Both the position numbers and the translations under genes were made by a program. A stretch of DNA of 64,000 nucleotides from an uncultured Chloroflexia bacterium (GTDB taxonomy: Bacteria; Chloroflexota; Limnocylindria; Limnocylindrales; CSP1-4), in assembly GCA_963768655.1 (NCBI GenBank), contig CAVYIM010000003.1, positions 576,001-640,000 of the forward strand, read 5' to 3'. Of the stretch, positions 38,701 to 51,579 are shown piece after piece. A model generated the notes under the pieces. The model saw only the letters and a list, made by a program, of their open reading frames with translations, ran no database searches and was not told where the DNA came from. The first letter of the stretch is position 1. Each line of letters begins with the position of its first letter.

Positions 38701-41700
38701 ATGTCCGCTCCGCGCGGGGTTGCCGTCGTCCTCGTTTCGCTCCTGGTGCCACTCGCTGCTGTCTCGGCCGCCGTCTCCCCCGGCTACGCCGAGGCGTCGG
38801 TCGCGTGGCCGGTCTCAACGGGCCTGGTGCTGGCAGAAGTGGTGACCGGTGGCGCCTCCGCCTCGGACGAGTACGTGGAGATCTACAACGCCGCGGCCGT
38901 CGCGACCGACCTGGGCGGCTGCGAGCTGATCTACGTGACCGCGTCGGGTGCGACGACGACGCGAAAGGCCGCCTTCGACCCGCCGCTCATGCTCGCGCCC
39001 GGAGCGCACCTGCTGGTCGCCAATTCGGCTGGGGCGTATGGGCCGCTCGCCGACGCAACTTACACCGGCGGCCTGTCCGGCGATGGGGGATCGCTGGCCT
39101 TGCGGCATGTTGGCGGCGCGGTGATCGATGCGGTGAGCTGGGGGACGGCGAGCAACGCGTATGTCGAAGGGGCGGTCGCGCCGGCTCCTCCGGCCAGGTC
39201 GAGCCTGGAGCGGCGACCGGGGGGCGCGGCGGGCAACTGGGAAGACACGAACGACAACGCCTCTGACTGGATGGTGCAGTCGAACCCAATCCCGCAGTCC
39301 CTGGCTTCGACTCCCGTGCCGGCTCCGTCGAGCTCGCCTCCGGACGAGACTGCGACCGCGACGCCGCTCTCGCCTCCGCCTTCGGGCGAAACCTCCGAGC
39401 AGCCCTCGTCCGAACCCACGTTCGAGCCGACGGCTCAGCCGACGGCCGGACCCACGGCCGGACCCTCCGCCAGCCCGGCGGCCTCCGCCAGCCCGAACGC
39501 TACGGCCACGCTCGGGCCAACTGCCGCCCCGACGCCTACCCCGGCGGCGCCCACCGCCCCGGCCATCGATCCCGAGTCGGTCGCGGCGGCGCGGTCCGGC
39601 GCCATCGGATCACTCGTCCACGTGTCGGGTGTCGTGACCGTGACGCCGGGTCTGGTCGGCGCCGACAACCTGTTCGCGATCGCCGATTCGTCGGGCGGGA
39701 TCTTCGTCCGCCTCGCCGCGCCCGTCGACGGCGTCGAGATCGGTCGGTCCATCGACCTCGTCGGCGTGCTCGCGGCGCCGTACGGGCAGCTCGAGGTCCG
39801 CGAACTGGAGTGGCTCGAACTCGGGGTCACCGATGCCGCTCCCAAACCGATCGCCGCCACGCTGCCCGAGATCGGGGAGGGCCTCGAGGGTTCGCTCGTT
39901 ACCCTCGCGGGCACCATCGACTCGGTCAGCCTGGACAGCGGCCGGCTCGTCCTCACGATGGGCGACAAGCAGACGGAGCTGCGCGTCCTGGCCGATCCGC
40001 CCTCGGGCATCGTCAAGGCGGACGTAACCCGGGGCGAGCAGGTCACCCTCACAGGCATAGTCGGCCAGCGAGCCACCGCCCTCGGTCGCGAGGATGGCTA
40101 TCGGTTGTGGCTGCGGATGCGAGCCGACCTCCAGGAAGTCGTCCCGGCGTCGCCGAGTCCCACGGCCGCCTCGTCAACGGCCGGACCCTCCGCCAGCCCG
40201 GCGGCCTCCGCCAGCCCGAACGCTACGGCCACGCTCGGGCCAACTGCCGCCCCGACGCCTACCCCGGCGGCGCCCACCGCCCCGGCCATCGATCCCGAGT
40301 CGGTCGCGGCGGCGCGGTCCGGCGCCATCGGATCACTCGTCCACGTGTCGGGTGTCGTGACCGTGACGCCGGGTCTGGTCGGCGCCGACAACCTGTTCGC
40401 GATCGCCGATTCGTCGGGCGGGATCTTCGTCCGCCTCGCCGCGCCCGTCGACGGCGTCGAGATCGGTCGGTCCATCGACCTCGTCGGCGTGCTCGCGGCG
40501 CCGTACGGGCAGCTCGAGGTCCGCGAACTGGAGTGGCTCGAACTCGGGGTCACCGATGCCGCTCCCAAACCGATCGCCGCCACGCTGCCCGAGATCGGGG
40601 AGGGCCTCGAGGGTTCGCTCGTTACCCTCGCGGGCACCATCGACTCGGTCAGCCTGGACAGCGGCCGGCTCGTCCTCACGATGGGCGACAAGCAGACGGA
40701 GCTGCGCGTCCTGGCCGATCCGCCCTCGGGCATCGTCAAGGCGGACGTAACCCGGGGCGAGCAGGTCACCCTCACAGGCATAGTCGGCCAGCGAGCCACC
40801 GCCCTCGGTCGCGAGGATGGCTATCGGTTGTGGCTGCGGATGCGAGCCGACCTCCAGGAAGTCGTCCCGGCGTCGCCGAGTCCCACGGCCGCCTCGTCAA
40901 CGGCCGGACCCTCCGCCAGCCCGGCGGCCTCCGCCAGCCCGGCCGTCTATCACGACCTGGCGAGCGGGCTGGCAGCGAGGGGTCGCATCGTCGACGTGGA
41001 TGCAACGGTCACGGCCGCCGCCGGACTCATCGATTGGGGTGGCCCGACGATCGTCGTCGACGACGGGACGGCTGCCGTCGCAGTGGTGCTGCCGGACGGA
41101 GTCGCCGGCCCACGGGTCGGCGCCGGCGTTCACATCGTCGGCAAGACGGGCAGCCTTCACAGTGGACCCCGGGTTGTGGCCACGCTCGTCGAGGGGCAAG
41201 GCGAGGGCGTCGCGGTGCGGCCCCGCCAGATCTCCGGCGCGCTCGGCCCATCGCTCGAGTGGCAGCTCGGCGAGGTCTGTGGCCGCGTTCAACGCCTGAC
41301 GCGCGCGGGCTCGCGCTGGCGCGCCGACCTGGCGGTGGATGGCCAGATCGTAGCCGTGCTTGGCGAGCCCGGAGCCGGCATCGACCCGGCGGGCATCGTC
41401 GCAGGACGGCTCGCGCTGGCCACGGGAATCGTCCGCCGTTCCACCTCTGATCCGAGCGTCTTCCAGCTGCTGCCGAGATCGGGTGCGGATCTGACCCTGG
41501 GCCCGGCCCCAACCGCTTCCGGACAGAGCGCCGGCCCGGCCGGTCCGGCGTCGGCGTCACGGTCACCGGACGACTCTTTCGCGACCGAAGCCCTCACTAC
41601 CATCGCGCAGATCCCGGGCCGCGAAGGCGAGACCGTGACGCTCGCCGGGTTGATCGTGGACACCGGCCCAACGACGGCGACGCTCGACGACGGCACCGGC

Positions 41701-42198
41701 CGAGTACGCCTCGGTGGCGCGGACTCCTCGGACGCGATCTCCCTGCTCGAGCCCGGCGACGCCGTGGAGGTCACGGGCATCGTTTCGCGTGACGCCGATG
41801 GCTGGCTGGTCGAGGTCGATCCGGATCGGATCGTGACCCTCGCCGGCCAGGCCTCGGGCGGGGCCGCCTCGTCCAGCGCTCCGCCGGCCGGAGCCTCTCC
41901 TTCCGTCGAGTCGGCGTCCGGCAATCCTGCGTCGGCGTGCGAGACGCCGGCGGCCCGGGGCCAGGCCCACGGGCTGGCCCTTCCCGCCGGCGGCGGGCCT
42001 GGCTCAGATCCGACACAGATCGTCGCCCTCGTGGGCGGTGGCCTGGCGTTGCTCGCTCTCCTGGTTCTCCTCGGGCTCACGGTCGCCCGAGCGGCCCGAG
42101 AGCGCCGGCTGCACCGTCCCGGGCGGCCCCGGCGCTCCCGCGGCGGCAGCCCAGAGGCACAAGCCGTCGACCCAAGTGACGGCGCAAACGCCCGATGA
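38701..42198 (+). CDS. surface protein: lamin-tail domain, multiple OB-fold-like domains, C-terminal TM anchor
   Basis: Signal peptide; LAEV.TGG...DEYVEIYN, IDAVSWG, SLERRP, DTNDNASDW; IADSSGGI/VDDGTA OB motifs. Confidence 0.8.
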   Translation: MSAPRGVAVVLVSLLVPLAAVSAAVSPGYAEASVAWPVSTGLVLAEVVTGGASASDEYVEIYNAAAVATDLGGCELIYVTASGATTTRKAAFDPPLMLAPGAHLLVANSAGAYGPLADATYTGGLSGDGGSLALRHVGGAVIDAVSWGTASNAYVEGAVAPAPPARSSLERRPGGAAGNWEDTNDNASDWMVQSNPIPQSLASTPVPAPSSSPPDETATATPLSPPPSGETSEQPSSEPTFEPTAQPTAGPTAGPSASPAASASPNATATLGPTAAPTPTPAAPTAPAIDPESVAAARSGAIGSLVHVSGVVTVTPGLVGADNLFAIADSSGGIFVRLAAPVDGVEIGRSIDLVGVLAAPYGQLEVRELEWLELGVTDAAPKPIAATLPEIGEGLEGSLVTLAGTIDSVSLDSGRLVLTMGDKQTELRVLADPPSGIVKADVTRGEQVTLTGIVGQRATALGREDGYRLWLRMRADLQEVVPASPSPTAASSTAGPSASPAASASPNATATLGPTAAPTPTPAAPTAPAIDPESVAAARSGAIGSLVHVSGVVTVTPGLVGADNLFAIADSSGGIFVRLAAPVDGVEIGRSIDLVGVLAAPYGQLEVRELEWLELGVTDAAPKPIAATLPEIGEGLEGSLVTLAGTIDSVSLDSGRLVLTMGDKQTELRVLADPPSGIVKADVTRGEQVTLTGIVGQRATALGREDGYRLWLRMRADLQEVVPASPSPTAASSTAGPSASPAASASPAVYHDLASGLAARGRIVDVDATVTAAAGLIDWGGPTIVVDDGTAAVAVVLPDGVAGPRVGAGVHIVGKTGSLHSGPRVVATLVEGQGEGVAVRPRQISGALGPSLEWQLGEVCGRVQRLTRAGSRWRADLAVDGQIVAVLGEPGAGIDPAGIVAGRLALATGIVRRSTSDPSVFQLLPRSGADLTLGPAPTASGQSAGPAGPASASRSPDDSFATEALTTIAQIPGREGETVTLAGLIVDTGPTTATLDDGTGRVRLGGADSSDAISLLEPGDAVEVTGIVSRDADGWLVEVDPDRIVTLAGQASGGAASSSAPPAGASPSVESASGNPASACETPAARGQAHGLALPAGGGPGSDPTQIVALVGGGLALLALLVLLGLTVARAARERRLHRPGRPRRSRGGSPEAQAVDPSDGANAR
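39454..40941 (+). repeat. apparently exact 723-bp tandem duplication
   Basis: Units start at 39454 and 40177; the ~42-bp junction repeat recurs at 40900. Confidence 0.95.
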
Positions 42199-42246
42199 GC
42201 GGCCTCACAACGTGAGATCGCCCCGTGCCACCGACAATGGCGCGCT

Positions 42247-42276
42247 TGACGCTCAAGTTTGGCGCCGTCTATGCTC
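42247..42276 (+). promoter_or_regulatory. sigma70-type promoter
   Basis: TTGACG-N18-TATGCT. Confidence 0.65.
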
Positions 42277-42594
42277 CGTTGAGGTGCCCAGCGTTGCGCA
42301 CCAGGAACGGTGGAAGAGGTATTGCCGAACGCGGTCAAGCGCGTGCCCCACAATGGAGCCCGGCAGCACCACAACGAACTCGGCCCCGGCAGGTCGGTCG
42401 GGGTTTCCGTCCCCACCGCATCGTTGCGGAGTTCTCAGGGTTGCGGGTTCAGCCGCCAGCGGCTGGTAGAACCGCCATCGGTTGTGCTCGATGTTCTCGT
42501 ACCGCCGTCCTCAGGCGGCCCTGCCTGAGGCGCTAGCGCAAGACCAGGGGCGCCGGCGCCCCGTTTGGCTACACACATCGGGAGGCTGAACGAC

Positions 42595-42735
42595 ATGGCA
42601 GAGGGATACTGCGTCAAGGACAAGAAGATGGTCGAGATCAAGGACCCGCACAAGATCACCATGAAGAACGGGAAGCCCGCTACTCAGGGCACTTGCCCCA
42701 CCTGCGGCGGGAAAGTGACCCGTATCGGAGCCTGA
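42595..42735 (+). CDS. DUF5679-like small Zn-ribbon protein
   Basis: MAEGYCVKDKKMVEIKDPHKITMKNGKPATQGTCPTCGGKVTRIGA; RBS GGAGG. Confidence 0.85.
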   Translation: MAEGYCVKDKKMVEIKDPHKITMKNGKPATQGTCPTCGGKVTRIGA

Positions 42736-42755
42736 CCGCTCCGTCGGTCGGTTCT

Positions 42756-42788
42756 GCAGCGACCCCCGCTACACCGGGGGTCGCTGCC
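42756..42788 (+). terminator. GC hairpin terminator
   Basis: GCAGCGACCCCCG-loop-CGGGGGTCGCTGC. Confidence 0.65.
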
Positions 42789-42964
42789 TGTCCGGGGCAC
42801 GACCGGGCGGATTGAACAAGCGGCCTCCGAGAGCATGATTGGCGTCACGCCGGGCTCGGTCGGAGCAGACGCTCGTTATGGGCCAACCGGCCCGCTTGGG
42901 CCGTGAATCCGCTTTGCTAGAATTGGCGAGCATCCCACCAATTCCCAACCGGTGAGGTTCTCCT

Positions 42965-43993
42965 CTGTCAGCACGGCCTGTCCTCGCGCTCGACGTCGGC
43001 GGCACGCAGATACGCGCGGCCGTCGTGATGGAAGATGGAACGCGGATCAATCGCGCCCAGGGCCAGACGCCCGTGGCGGACGGACCCGCGGCGATCCTGC
43101 GTGGCTGCGTCGCGGCCTTGACGGAAGCTCGCGACGGCGCACCGCCCGATATCCGCGAGGCGATCGTCGGCGTCGGGATCTCCAGCCCCGGCCCCGTCGA
43201 TCCGTGGCGCGGCATGGTCCTGCAGACGCCCAACATGGGCCCCGGCTTCAACGACGTGCCGATCGCCGCCAGCGTCGGCCGCGCACTGGGCCTTCCCGCC
43301 TTCCTCGATCGCGACGCGAACGTGGCGGCTCTCGGCGAGATGGCGTTCGGGGCAGCCCGCGATTGCTCCGACTTCATCTACCTGACCGTCTCGACTGGCG
43401 TCGGCGGGTCGATCGTGTCGGAGGGGCGAATCTTCCACGGTCCGGACGGAACCGCGGGCGAACTGGGCCACACGCCTGTCGCCATGGACGGGCTCTGCGG
43501 ATGCGGCGCGGTCGGGCATCTGGAGGCCTTTCTGGGCGGGGCGGCCATGGCCCGCACGGCGCGCCAGGCCGTTGTCGAAGGCCGCAGCCCCTACCTCACC
43601 GCCATCGCGGAGGAGGAGGGCATCGACGCCATCGATGCCAGGGACATCGCCGAGGGCGAGGACAGCGGCGACGAGACCTGCCACGCGATCCTGGAGCGAG
43701 GTCGCCGCGCCTTCGCCGTGGCCTGCGTCGGGTTCGTCGACGCGCTGAATCCGACCCGGATAGTGGTCGGAGGCTCCATCTCGGATGCCCAGGGCGCCCG
43801 GCTGCTCTACCCTGCCCGGGCCGAAGTAGCCGCGACCGCCTTCAAGATGCCCCGCAGCCGGGTCCAGATCGTCCAGGCCGAGCTCGGCGCGGACGTGGGC
43901 CTGGCCGGTTGTCACCCACTCGTGATCGCGCGCCTCGGCGACCCTGCCTGGCGCGGCGGTCGGCCAACGTCCACCTCCGCGCAGAACGGTTGA
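42965..43993 (+). CDS. ROK family sugar kinase (glucokinase-like)
   Basis: LALDVGGTQIRAA, DANVAALGE, GELGH, CGCGAVGHLE; probable CTG start. Confidence 0.88.
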   Translation: MSARPVLALDVGGTQIRAAVVMEDGTRINRAQGQTPVADGPAAILRGCVAALTEARDGAPPDIREAIVGVGISSPGPVDPWRGMVLQTPNMGPGFNDVPIAASVGRALGLPAFLDRDANVAALGEMAFGAARDCSDFIYLTVSTGVGGSIVSEGRIFHGPDGTAGELGHTPVAMDGLCGCGAVGHLEAFLGGAAMARTARQAVVEGRSPYLTAIAEEEGIDAIDARDIAEGEDSGDETCHAILERGRRAFAVACVGFVDALNPTRIVVGGSISDAQGARLLYPARAEVAATAFKMPRSRVQIVQAELGADVGLAGCHPLVIARLGDPAWRGGRPTSTSAQNG

Positions 43994-44026
43994 TCCGAGC
44001 GCGGCATCACTCCTGGAGGATCAGAC

Positions 44027-45040
44027 ATGGCAGTTCGCGTCGGCATCAACGGTTTCGGTCGCATCGGCCGGCAGTCGCTGAAGGCCATCATCGAGCGGGC
44101 CCCCGGGCTCGAGGTCGTGGCCGTCAACGACATCGTGGACGTCCCGACCAACGCACTCCTCTTCGCCCACGACTCCACCTACGGCAACTTCCACGGCACG
44201 GTCTCGCACACCGAGGATTCGATCGTCGTCAACGGTAAGAAGATCCAGGTCCTCCAGATCAAGGATCCGGCCACCCTGCCGTGGAAGGACCTCGGAGTCG
44301 ACATCGTCATCGAGTCCACCGGCATCTTCACCGACGCCGAGAAGGCCCGCGCCCACATCACTGCCGGCGCAAAGAAGGTCCTCATCAGCGCCCCGGCCAA
44401 GAACGAGGACATCACCATCGTTCTGGGCGTCAACGAAGGCCTATACGACCCCTCCAAGCACGTGATCATCAGCAACGCCAGCTGCACGACCAACTGCCTG
44501 GCGCCCTTCGCGAAGGTCCTCAACGACAGCTTCGGGATCGAGAAGGGCGTGATGAACACGATCCACAGCTACACCAACGACCAGCGCATCCTGGACGTTG
44601 CCCACAAGGACCCGCGCCGCGCCCGCTCGGCCGGCCTGAACATGATCCCGACGACCACCGGCGCCGCCAAGGCGCTCGCGCTCGTCATCCCCGAGCTCAA
44701 GGGCAAGGTCGACGGCTTCAGCCTGCGCGTTCCGACCCCGACCGTGAGCATCGTCGACTTTGCGGTCATCCTCCGCGACGAGACCACTGCCGCCGGAATC
44801 AACGACGCCTTCCGCGCCGCCGCCGCCGGCTCTCTCAAGGGCATCCTGGGCGTCTCCGAAGAGCCGCTCGTCTCGATGGACTTCAAGGGCGACTCCCGCT
44901 CTTCGATCGTCGACTCGGCCCTGACCATGGTCATCGGCGGGACCGGCAAGTTCGCCAAGGTCCTGTCCTGGTACGACAACGAGTGGGGCTACAGCTGCCG
45001 CGTTGCCGACCTGACCAAGTTCATCGCCGATCGCCTCTAA
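44027..45040 (+). CDS. gap: type I glyceraldehyde-3-phosphate dehydrogenase
   Basis: [31 protein letters not shown]. Confidence 0.98.
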   Translation: MAVRVGINGFGRIGRQSLKAIIERAPGLEVVAVNDIVDVPTNALLFAHDSTYGNFHGTVSHTEDSIVVNGKKIQVLQIKDPATLPWKDLGVDIVIESTGIFTDAEKARAHITAGAKKVLISAPAKNEDITIVLGVNEGLYDPSKHVIISNASCTTNCLAPFAKVLNDSFGIEKGVMNTIHSYTNDQRILDVAHKDPRRARSAGLNMIPTTTGAAKALALVIPELKGKVDGFSLRVPTPTVSIVDFAVILRDETTAAGINDAFRAAAAGSLKGILGVSEEPLVSMDFKGDSRSSIVDSALTMVIGGTGKFAKVLSWYDNEWGYSCRVADLTKFIADRL

Positions 45041-45118
45041 CCAGCGCCAAGTGTCGGATCGGGGCGGTCGGAGAGGCCGCCCGTCCCGATCCACGGCCAA
45101 GCCAGACCCGAGGTCACG

Positions 45119-47637
<2,519 letters not shown>

Positions 47638-47791
47638 CTCGACCTTCGTCAGTTCCGCGGGCCGGCCTTCGGGCCGGCTCGCTGATTCCGGGCGGTCCAC
47701 GCGCCTCTGGCGCTGGGGGAGTGGCTTGGGGCGGCTCGGACGGGCGAGAGGATGAACTCGACGCAGTGCGGCTCGATGGTGCGCGCCTGGG

Positions 47792-48835
47792 TCAGATGAT
47801 TTCTTCCGGTGCGCGCGAGCGGAGCACGATGCGTGTTAGCGGTATGCGGATCTCGCTGAAGACCTCGATCGAGACGAGGAAACCGGCGAAGAGGAATACG
47901 ACCCCGAGCAGCTCGCCGACGAAGAAGCCGCTGGTGTTGCCGAACCTGTTCAGGCCGCTGGTGATGGACGGGATCAGGCCGCCGATAGCTATCAGCAGCG
48001 TGGCCGGGACGCGGCTGTTGAGGCGTCCGGTCAGCAGCGCCGCCACGGCGCCTGGCACGGAGACGGCGAGGTTCAGGACGATCGCGAACGGTGCCACTAC
48101 CAGGTTGCCGATGTAGTGCGTCGGCGATTGGTTACGGACCAATGAGTAACGGATGAGCCTGCGTTTGGGCATGAAGATGTAGGTGCTGTAGATGCCGCCG
48201 AGGATCAGGGCGAAGGCACCAGTGATGTTGAAGAAGGGCGTCAGCAGTCGCAGGTAGCCCGGGAACAGGTCGCCCGTCGGGATGTGGCTGACGGGGTCGA
48301 CGACCCAGCCGGGGGATGGGAGCGACACCAGGGCCATCATTACCGCCGAAACGAGGGTGCCCGCGACCATCGCTGCCGCAGCCAGGAGCGGCCACTTCGA
48401 GCCGCGGCGATACGTGTCGATGCAGATCGCCGCCGCCAGCACCGCCGCAATCGCGAAGTAAAGGATCGGGGCTGGGCCACTGTCGGCGTATTGGTACTTC
48501 GCCTGGGTCAGCGCGGTGAACAGCCCGGCGAGGAAGAGCGAGCCGGCAAAGGCGTAGCCGAAGCGCGTCTTGCCGAGCAGCAGCACGGTACCGAGCCCGA
48601 GCCAACCAGCCACCCAGATGGCACCTATCAGGTACCACGCTCGATACAGCGGCTCGGACCAGCCGAAGGCTCCCCCGAGGAACTCCGTGCCGGCGGAGAG
48701 CCCGTACCAGAGCATGCCGATGGCCCAGACGGCCTGGTACGAGCGCCGCCGTTCGCGCCACTGGCCGAACAGGAGCGCGCAGAAGACGAGGCTGAGCAGC
48801 GACGAGCAGAACGGCAGCACCACGTTGAAGTCCAC
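47792..48835 (-). CDS. multi-pass membrane protein
   Basis: About 9 TMs; GWSEPLYRAWYLIGA. Confidence 0.8.
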   Translation of the reverse strand: MDFNVVLPFCSSLLSLVFCALLFGQWRERRRSYQAVWAIGMLWYGLSAGTEFLGGAFGWSEPLYRAWYLIGAIWVAGWLGLGTVLLLGKTRFGYAFAGSLFLAGLFTALTQAKYQYADSGPAPILYFAIAAVLAAAICIDTYRRGSKWPLLAAAAMVAGTLVSAVMMALVSLPSPGWVVDPVSHIPTGDLFPGYLRLLTPFFNITGAFALILGGIYSTYIFMPKRRLIRYSLVRNQSPTHYIGNLVVAPFAIVLNLAVSVPGAVAALLTGRLNSRVPATLLIAIGGLIPSITSGLNRFGNTSGFFVGELLGVVFLFAGFLVSIEVFSEIRIPLTRIVLRSRAPEEII

Positions 48836-49218
48836 GAACGCTCCTCCCCGATTGACGCACCCCCCTTTGGCCCTCCAAGGGTACACGTCCTGGTTTCGTT
48901 GGCGGCCGAGGCCCGGGGCAGTCGCCGGTCATCGTTGGCGTCTCGCCTTCGATCTGGCCGCTCGCACTCTCCAAACAGGCGCGTAGAGGCGAGACCATGA
49001 CCGGCGCCCAGTGGGGTATTGCCAACAGCCTTGGCCAGCAGCGCTTGGGACGCCACGCTCGCCCACCACGCCGTGCCGCTACCTGGGCATCCGCTGCCAG
49101 CTTCTAGCCGGATGCGATAGCCGATCTACAATCGCGGCGTGCGAGTGGGAGGGACGCAGGTGGCGATTGGCAGTCGTTCTTCCCGTGCTGATCTTCCTTG
49201 GAACTGCCGGGGTTGATT

Positions 49219-49503
49219 TCACAGCCGTGGCTTGCGTGCTGGCGTCCGTGCTGGCGGCTCGATGTCGCCCTCGCGGGCGTCCAATAGACCGAGCGCGACT
49301 CGGAGGGCTGTGGTCTTGCCAGAGCCGTTGGGGCCGATCAGCCCCACAACCTCGCCAGAGTGGACCTCGAAACTGAGGTCGGTCAGGCCGAATGATCCCC
49401 GTCCATAGTCGAAGTCGACGTGGCTAAGCGACAACAGTGGTGGGTCCGCCCCTCCTGCTGGCGCCGCCGACCCGGGGCGAGCCGCAACGCGCGTGGTTGA
49501 CAA
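49219..49503 (-). pseudogene. truncated ABC ATPase N-terminal fragment
   Basis: [26 protein letters not shown], then the ORF ends without signature or Walker B. Confidence 0.75.
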
Positions 49504-49869
49504 ATCGACCTCCTCTCGACGTTCGCACGAGAAACCCTCCTACGCTCGTGTCAGCCGGGACAGTCCCCGCGGCGTCCGCTAGTGATCAAGTTCCGACGGC
49601 TCCAGTCCCGCTCGGGTGCCGTCCACCGGAGCCATCATGGGGACTGTATCGGCGCGGTCTTCTCCCGCTCACTTGCTCTTCCCATGATCGGCAAACGAGT
49701 CAGCTGTACGAATTGCGGGTCCCATCCTGAATAGGCATCCCCCGTTCCCTCTCGGCGTCGCCCCTCTGTCGGCGACCGGATTGGACCGTCCAGCCCTCGG
49801 GAGCGGTCAACTGACAATTGGTGGGGCAGTGCATCCTGCCGTCAATGGGCAACGTCGTGTAGCCGATGA

Positions 49870-50285
49870 CTAATCTGCGGGTCACTCGGTCGGAGCGACG
49901 GGCACACGACCGACCCGATCACCGGCGAGGCGACCCTCTCGTCCTTGGTTCGGGCAGCGTCAGCCTCTCCTTCGACGCTCGTGGCCCGATCGGCCCTCGA
50001 AGAGGTCGCGGCAGCCGCCACATGGACTGGGTCTCGCTCCAGACTCCGACGTGCTGCCGCCACCTGGGTGCCGACAAGCCGATCACCTCGTCGCTCGAGG
50101 AATCCGTCGCCTGGTTGTCCGACGACCCGAACGCCGCCTTCGACAGCTCGTGAGGCCATGACCCTCTGATCCACCTGCCGGCCGGCGACTGGACGATCAC
50201 CGCCGTCACCGAAGTCGGCTTCGGGTCCGACTCCGGGATGGACCGCAACCTGGAGGTAACCGTCGATGTGCACGTGGCGGCCTGA
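49870..50285 (+). pseudogene. decayed secreted-protein gene
   Basis: Protein-like segments broken by an in-frame TGA (50151) and frameshifts; ends DPLIHLPAGDWTITAV...VHVAA. Confidence 0.45.
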
Positions 50286-50476
50286 GCCCCGGATCGGATC
50301 TCCGCAGCTGGGTTCAAGCGCTGGGCATGTTGGCGTGTCCTGGTCCGAGCTGGCGCTGTCGCATCCGGTCCGTTGAGAGGATTCGAGGCCGCAACGGCTG
50401 ACGACCCGTAGAATCCGAGCGTCGTCCCGGCGGCATAAGGTTTGAAGGCAGCCGGCGACCGCCGCAGGTTGGGCAT

Positions 50477-51442
50477 ATGGCCAGACGGCTCGAGGGCGTG
50501 CGGACCCTGTTCGCGTCGATCGTGGTTTCGGTTGTCGTGGCGGCTTGCGGCTTCGTCCCCGGCAGTGGCGCCGGGCCCGTCGCCACCCCGACGCCGGTAG
50601 CGGTCGTGCCGAGCATGTCGGTCATCATGGGCTCGGAGAACCTCCCTGCTCAGGTCGACGGTGAGCGCGTCTATCGCGTCACCGAACAAGCCGAGTGGGA
50701 GCAACTGAGCGGCAGCTTCCTGCTGGCCGCTACGCCCGCCTTTCCGACTGCGCCCTGCGCCGGCGGGCTCATCGCCAGCGGCAACTCCGCAGCCTACGAT
50801 CTCATCGGGACCTATTGCAGTTCGCCGGCTCTGACCAGCCTGGTATACGCCGCGCCCAAGAGCCCGGCGCTCGGGTCGGTGTGGGACTGGCTCAACCACG
50901 CCGCCGTATTCCAGGTCCACACCCACGACAGCGAGGCCGCCGAGTGCGGCGCCCTCCTGGACGAGTGCGAAGCCGCAGTCGTCGTCGACGCACTCGTCTG
51001 GCCGATCGTGCCGACTGAGATCGACGGCGAGCACGTCTATGGCGGGAGCGACTACTTCAGCTTGAACAGCGCCGGTAGTCAGTCCGGCAGCTTCCTGCTC
51101 GGTGGCGTCGTCTCGGTCGAGTCAGCCGAATCAACTGGCGTGACGACCGCCTGCTCCAGCGCTCCCGCCGAGAGGAGACTGGTCGCGAGTTGCGGCGGCT
51201 CGACCTGGTTCGCAATCGCGGGCGAGGGCGTCGCGCCAAAGAGCGACTTCCATGCCGTCGACGGCCAGGTCGTCGTCGTCCGCGCTCACCTCGACGATGC
51301 CGAGGCAGTCGACTGCTCGGAGGACATGATGGCTTCGTGCGAGTATGCGATGGTGGTCGAAGCGGTGGTCTGGACGTCGAACCCGTACGCGCCGGCCACG
51401 CCGGCTCCGCCCGTACAAACCACGACCCCGAGCGCAACTTAG
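50477..51442 (+). CDS. lipoprotein with two Cys-rich internal repeats
   Basis: Lipobox VAAC; P..(V/I)DGE.VY...GSFLL...H..D.EA..C....CE.A.VV.A.VW occurs twice. Confidence 0.75.
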   Translation: MARRLEGVRTLFASIVVSVVVAACGFVPGSGAGPVATPTPVAVVPSMSVIMGSENLPAQVDGERVYRVTEQAEWEQLSGSFLLAATPAFPTAPCAGGLIASGNSAAYDLIGTYCSSPALTSLVYAAPKSPALGSVWDWLNHAAVFQVHTHDSEAAECGALLDECEAAVVVDALVWPIVPTEIDGEHVYGGSDYFSLNSAGSQSGSFLLGGVVSVESAESTGVTTACSSAPAERRLVASCGGSTWFAIAGEGVAPKSDFHAVDGQVVVVRAHLDDAEAVDCSEDMMASCEYAMVVEAVVWTSNPYAPATPAPPVQTTTPSAT

Positions 51443-51579
51443 GCGTCGAGCCCGAATCGAATGGCGGGTGGCCATGGAGCGCCAGGACAAGGGCGCAGGC
51501 TCACCGACGCCCAGGGCGACGTTCGCGCCCGCAGGTATTCAGAAGGCTTGTCTCTGACTCTTCTCAGCAGGAGGAAACG

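Noticed and set aside
45104-45115. GACCCGAGGTCA upstream of pgk matching the TetR operator
   Set aside because: Single imperfect copy overlapping the GAGG RBS; probably chance.
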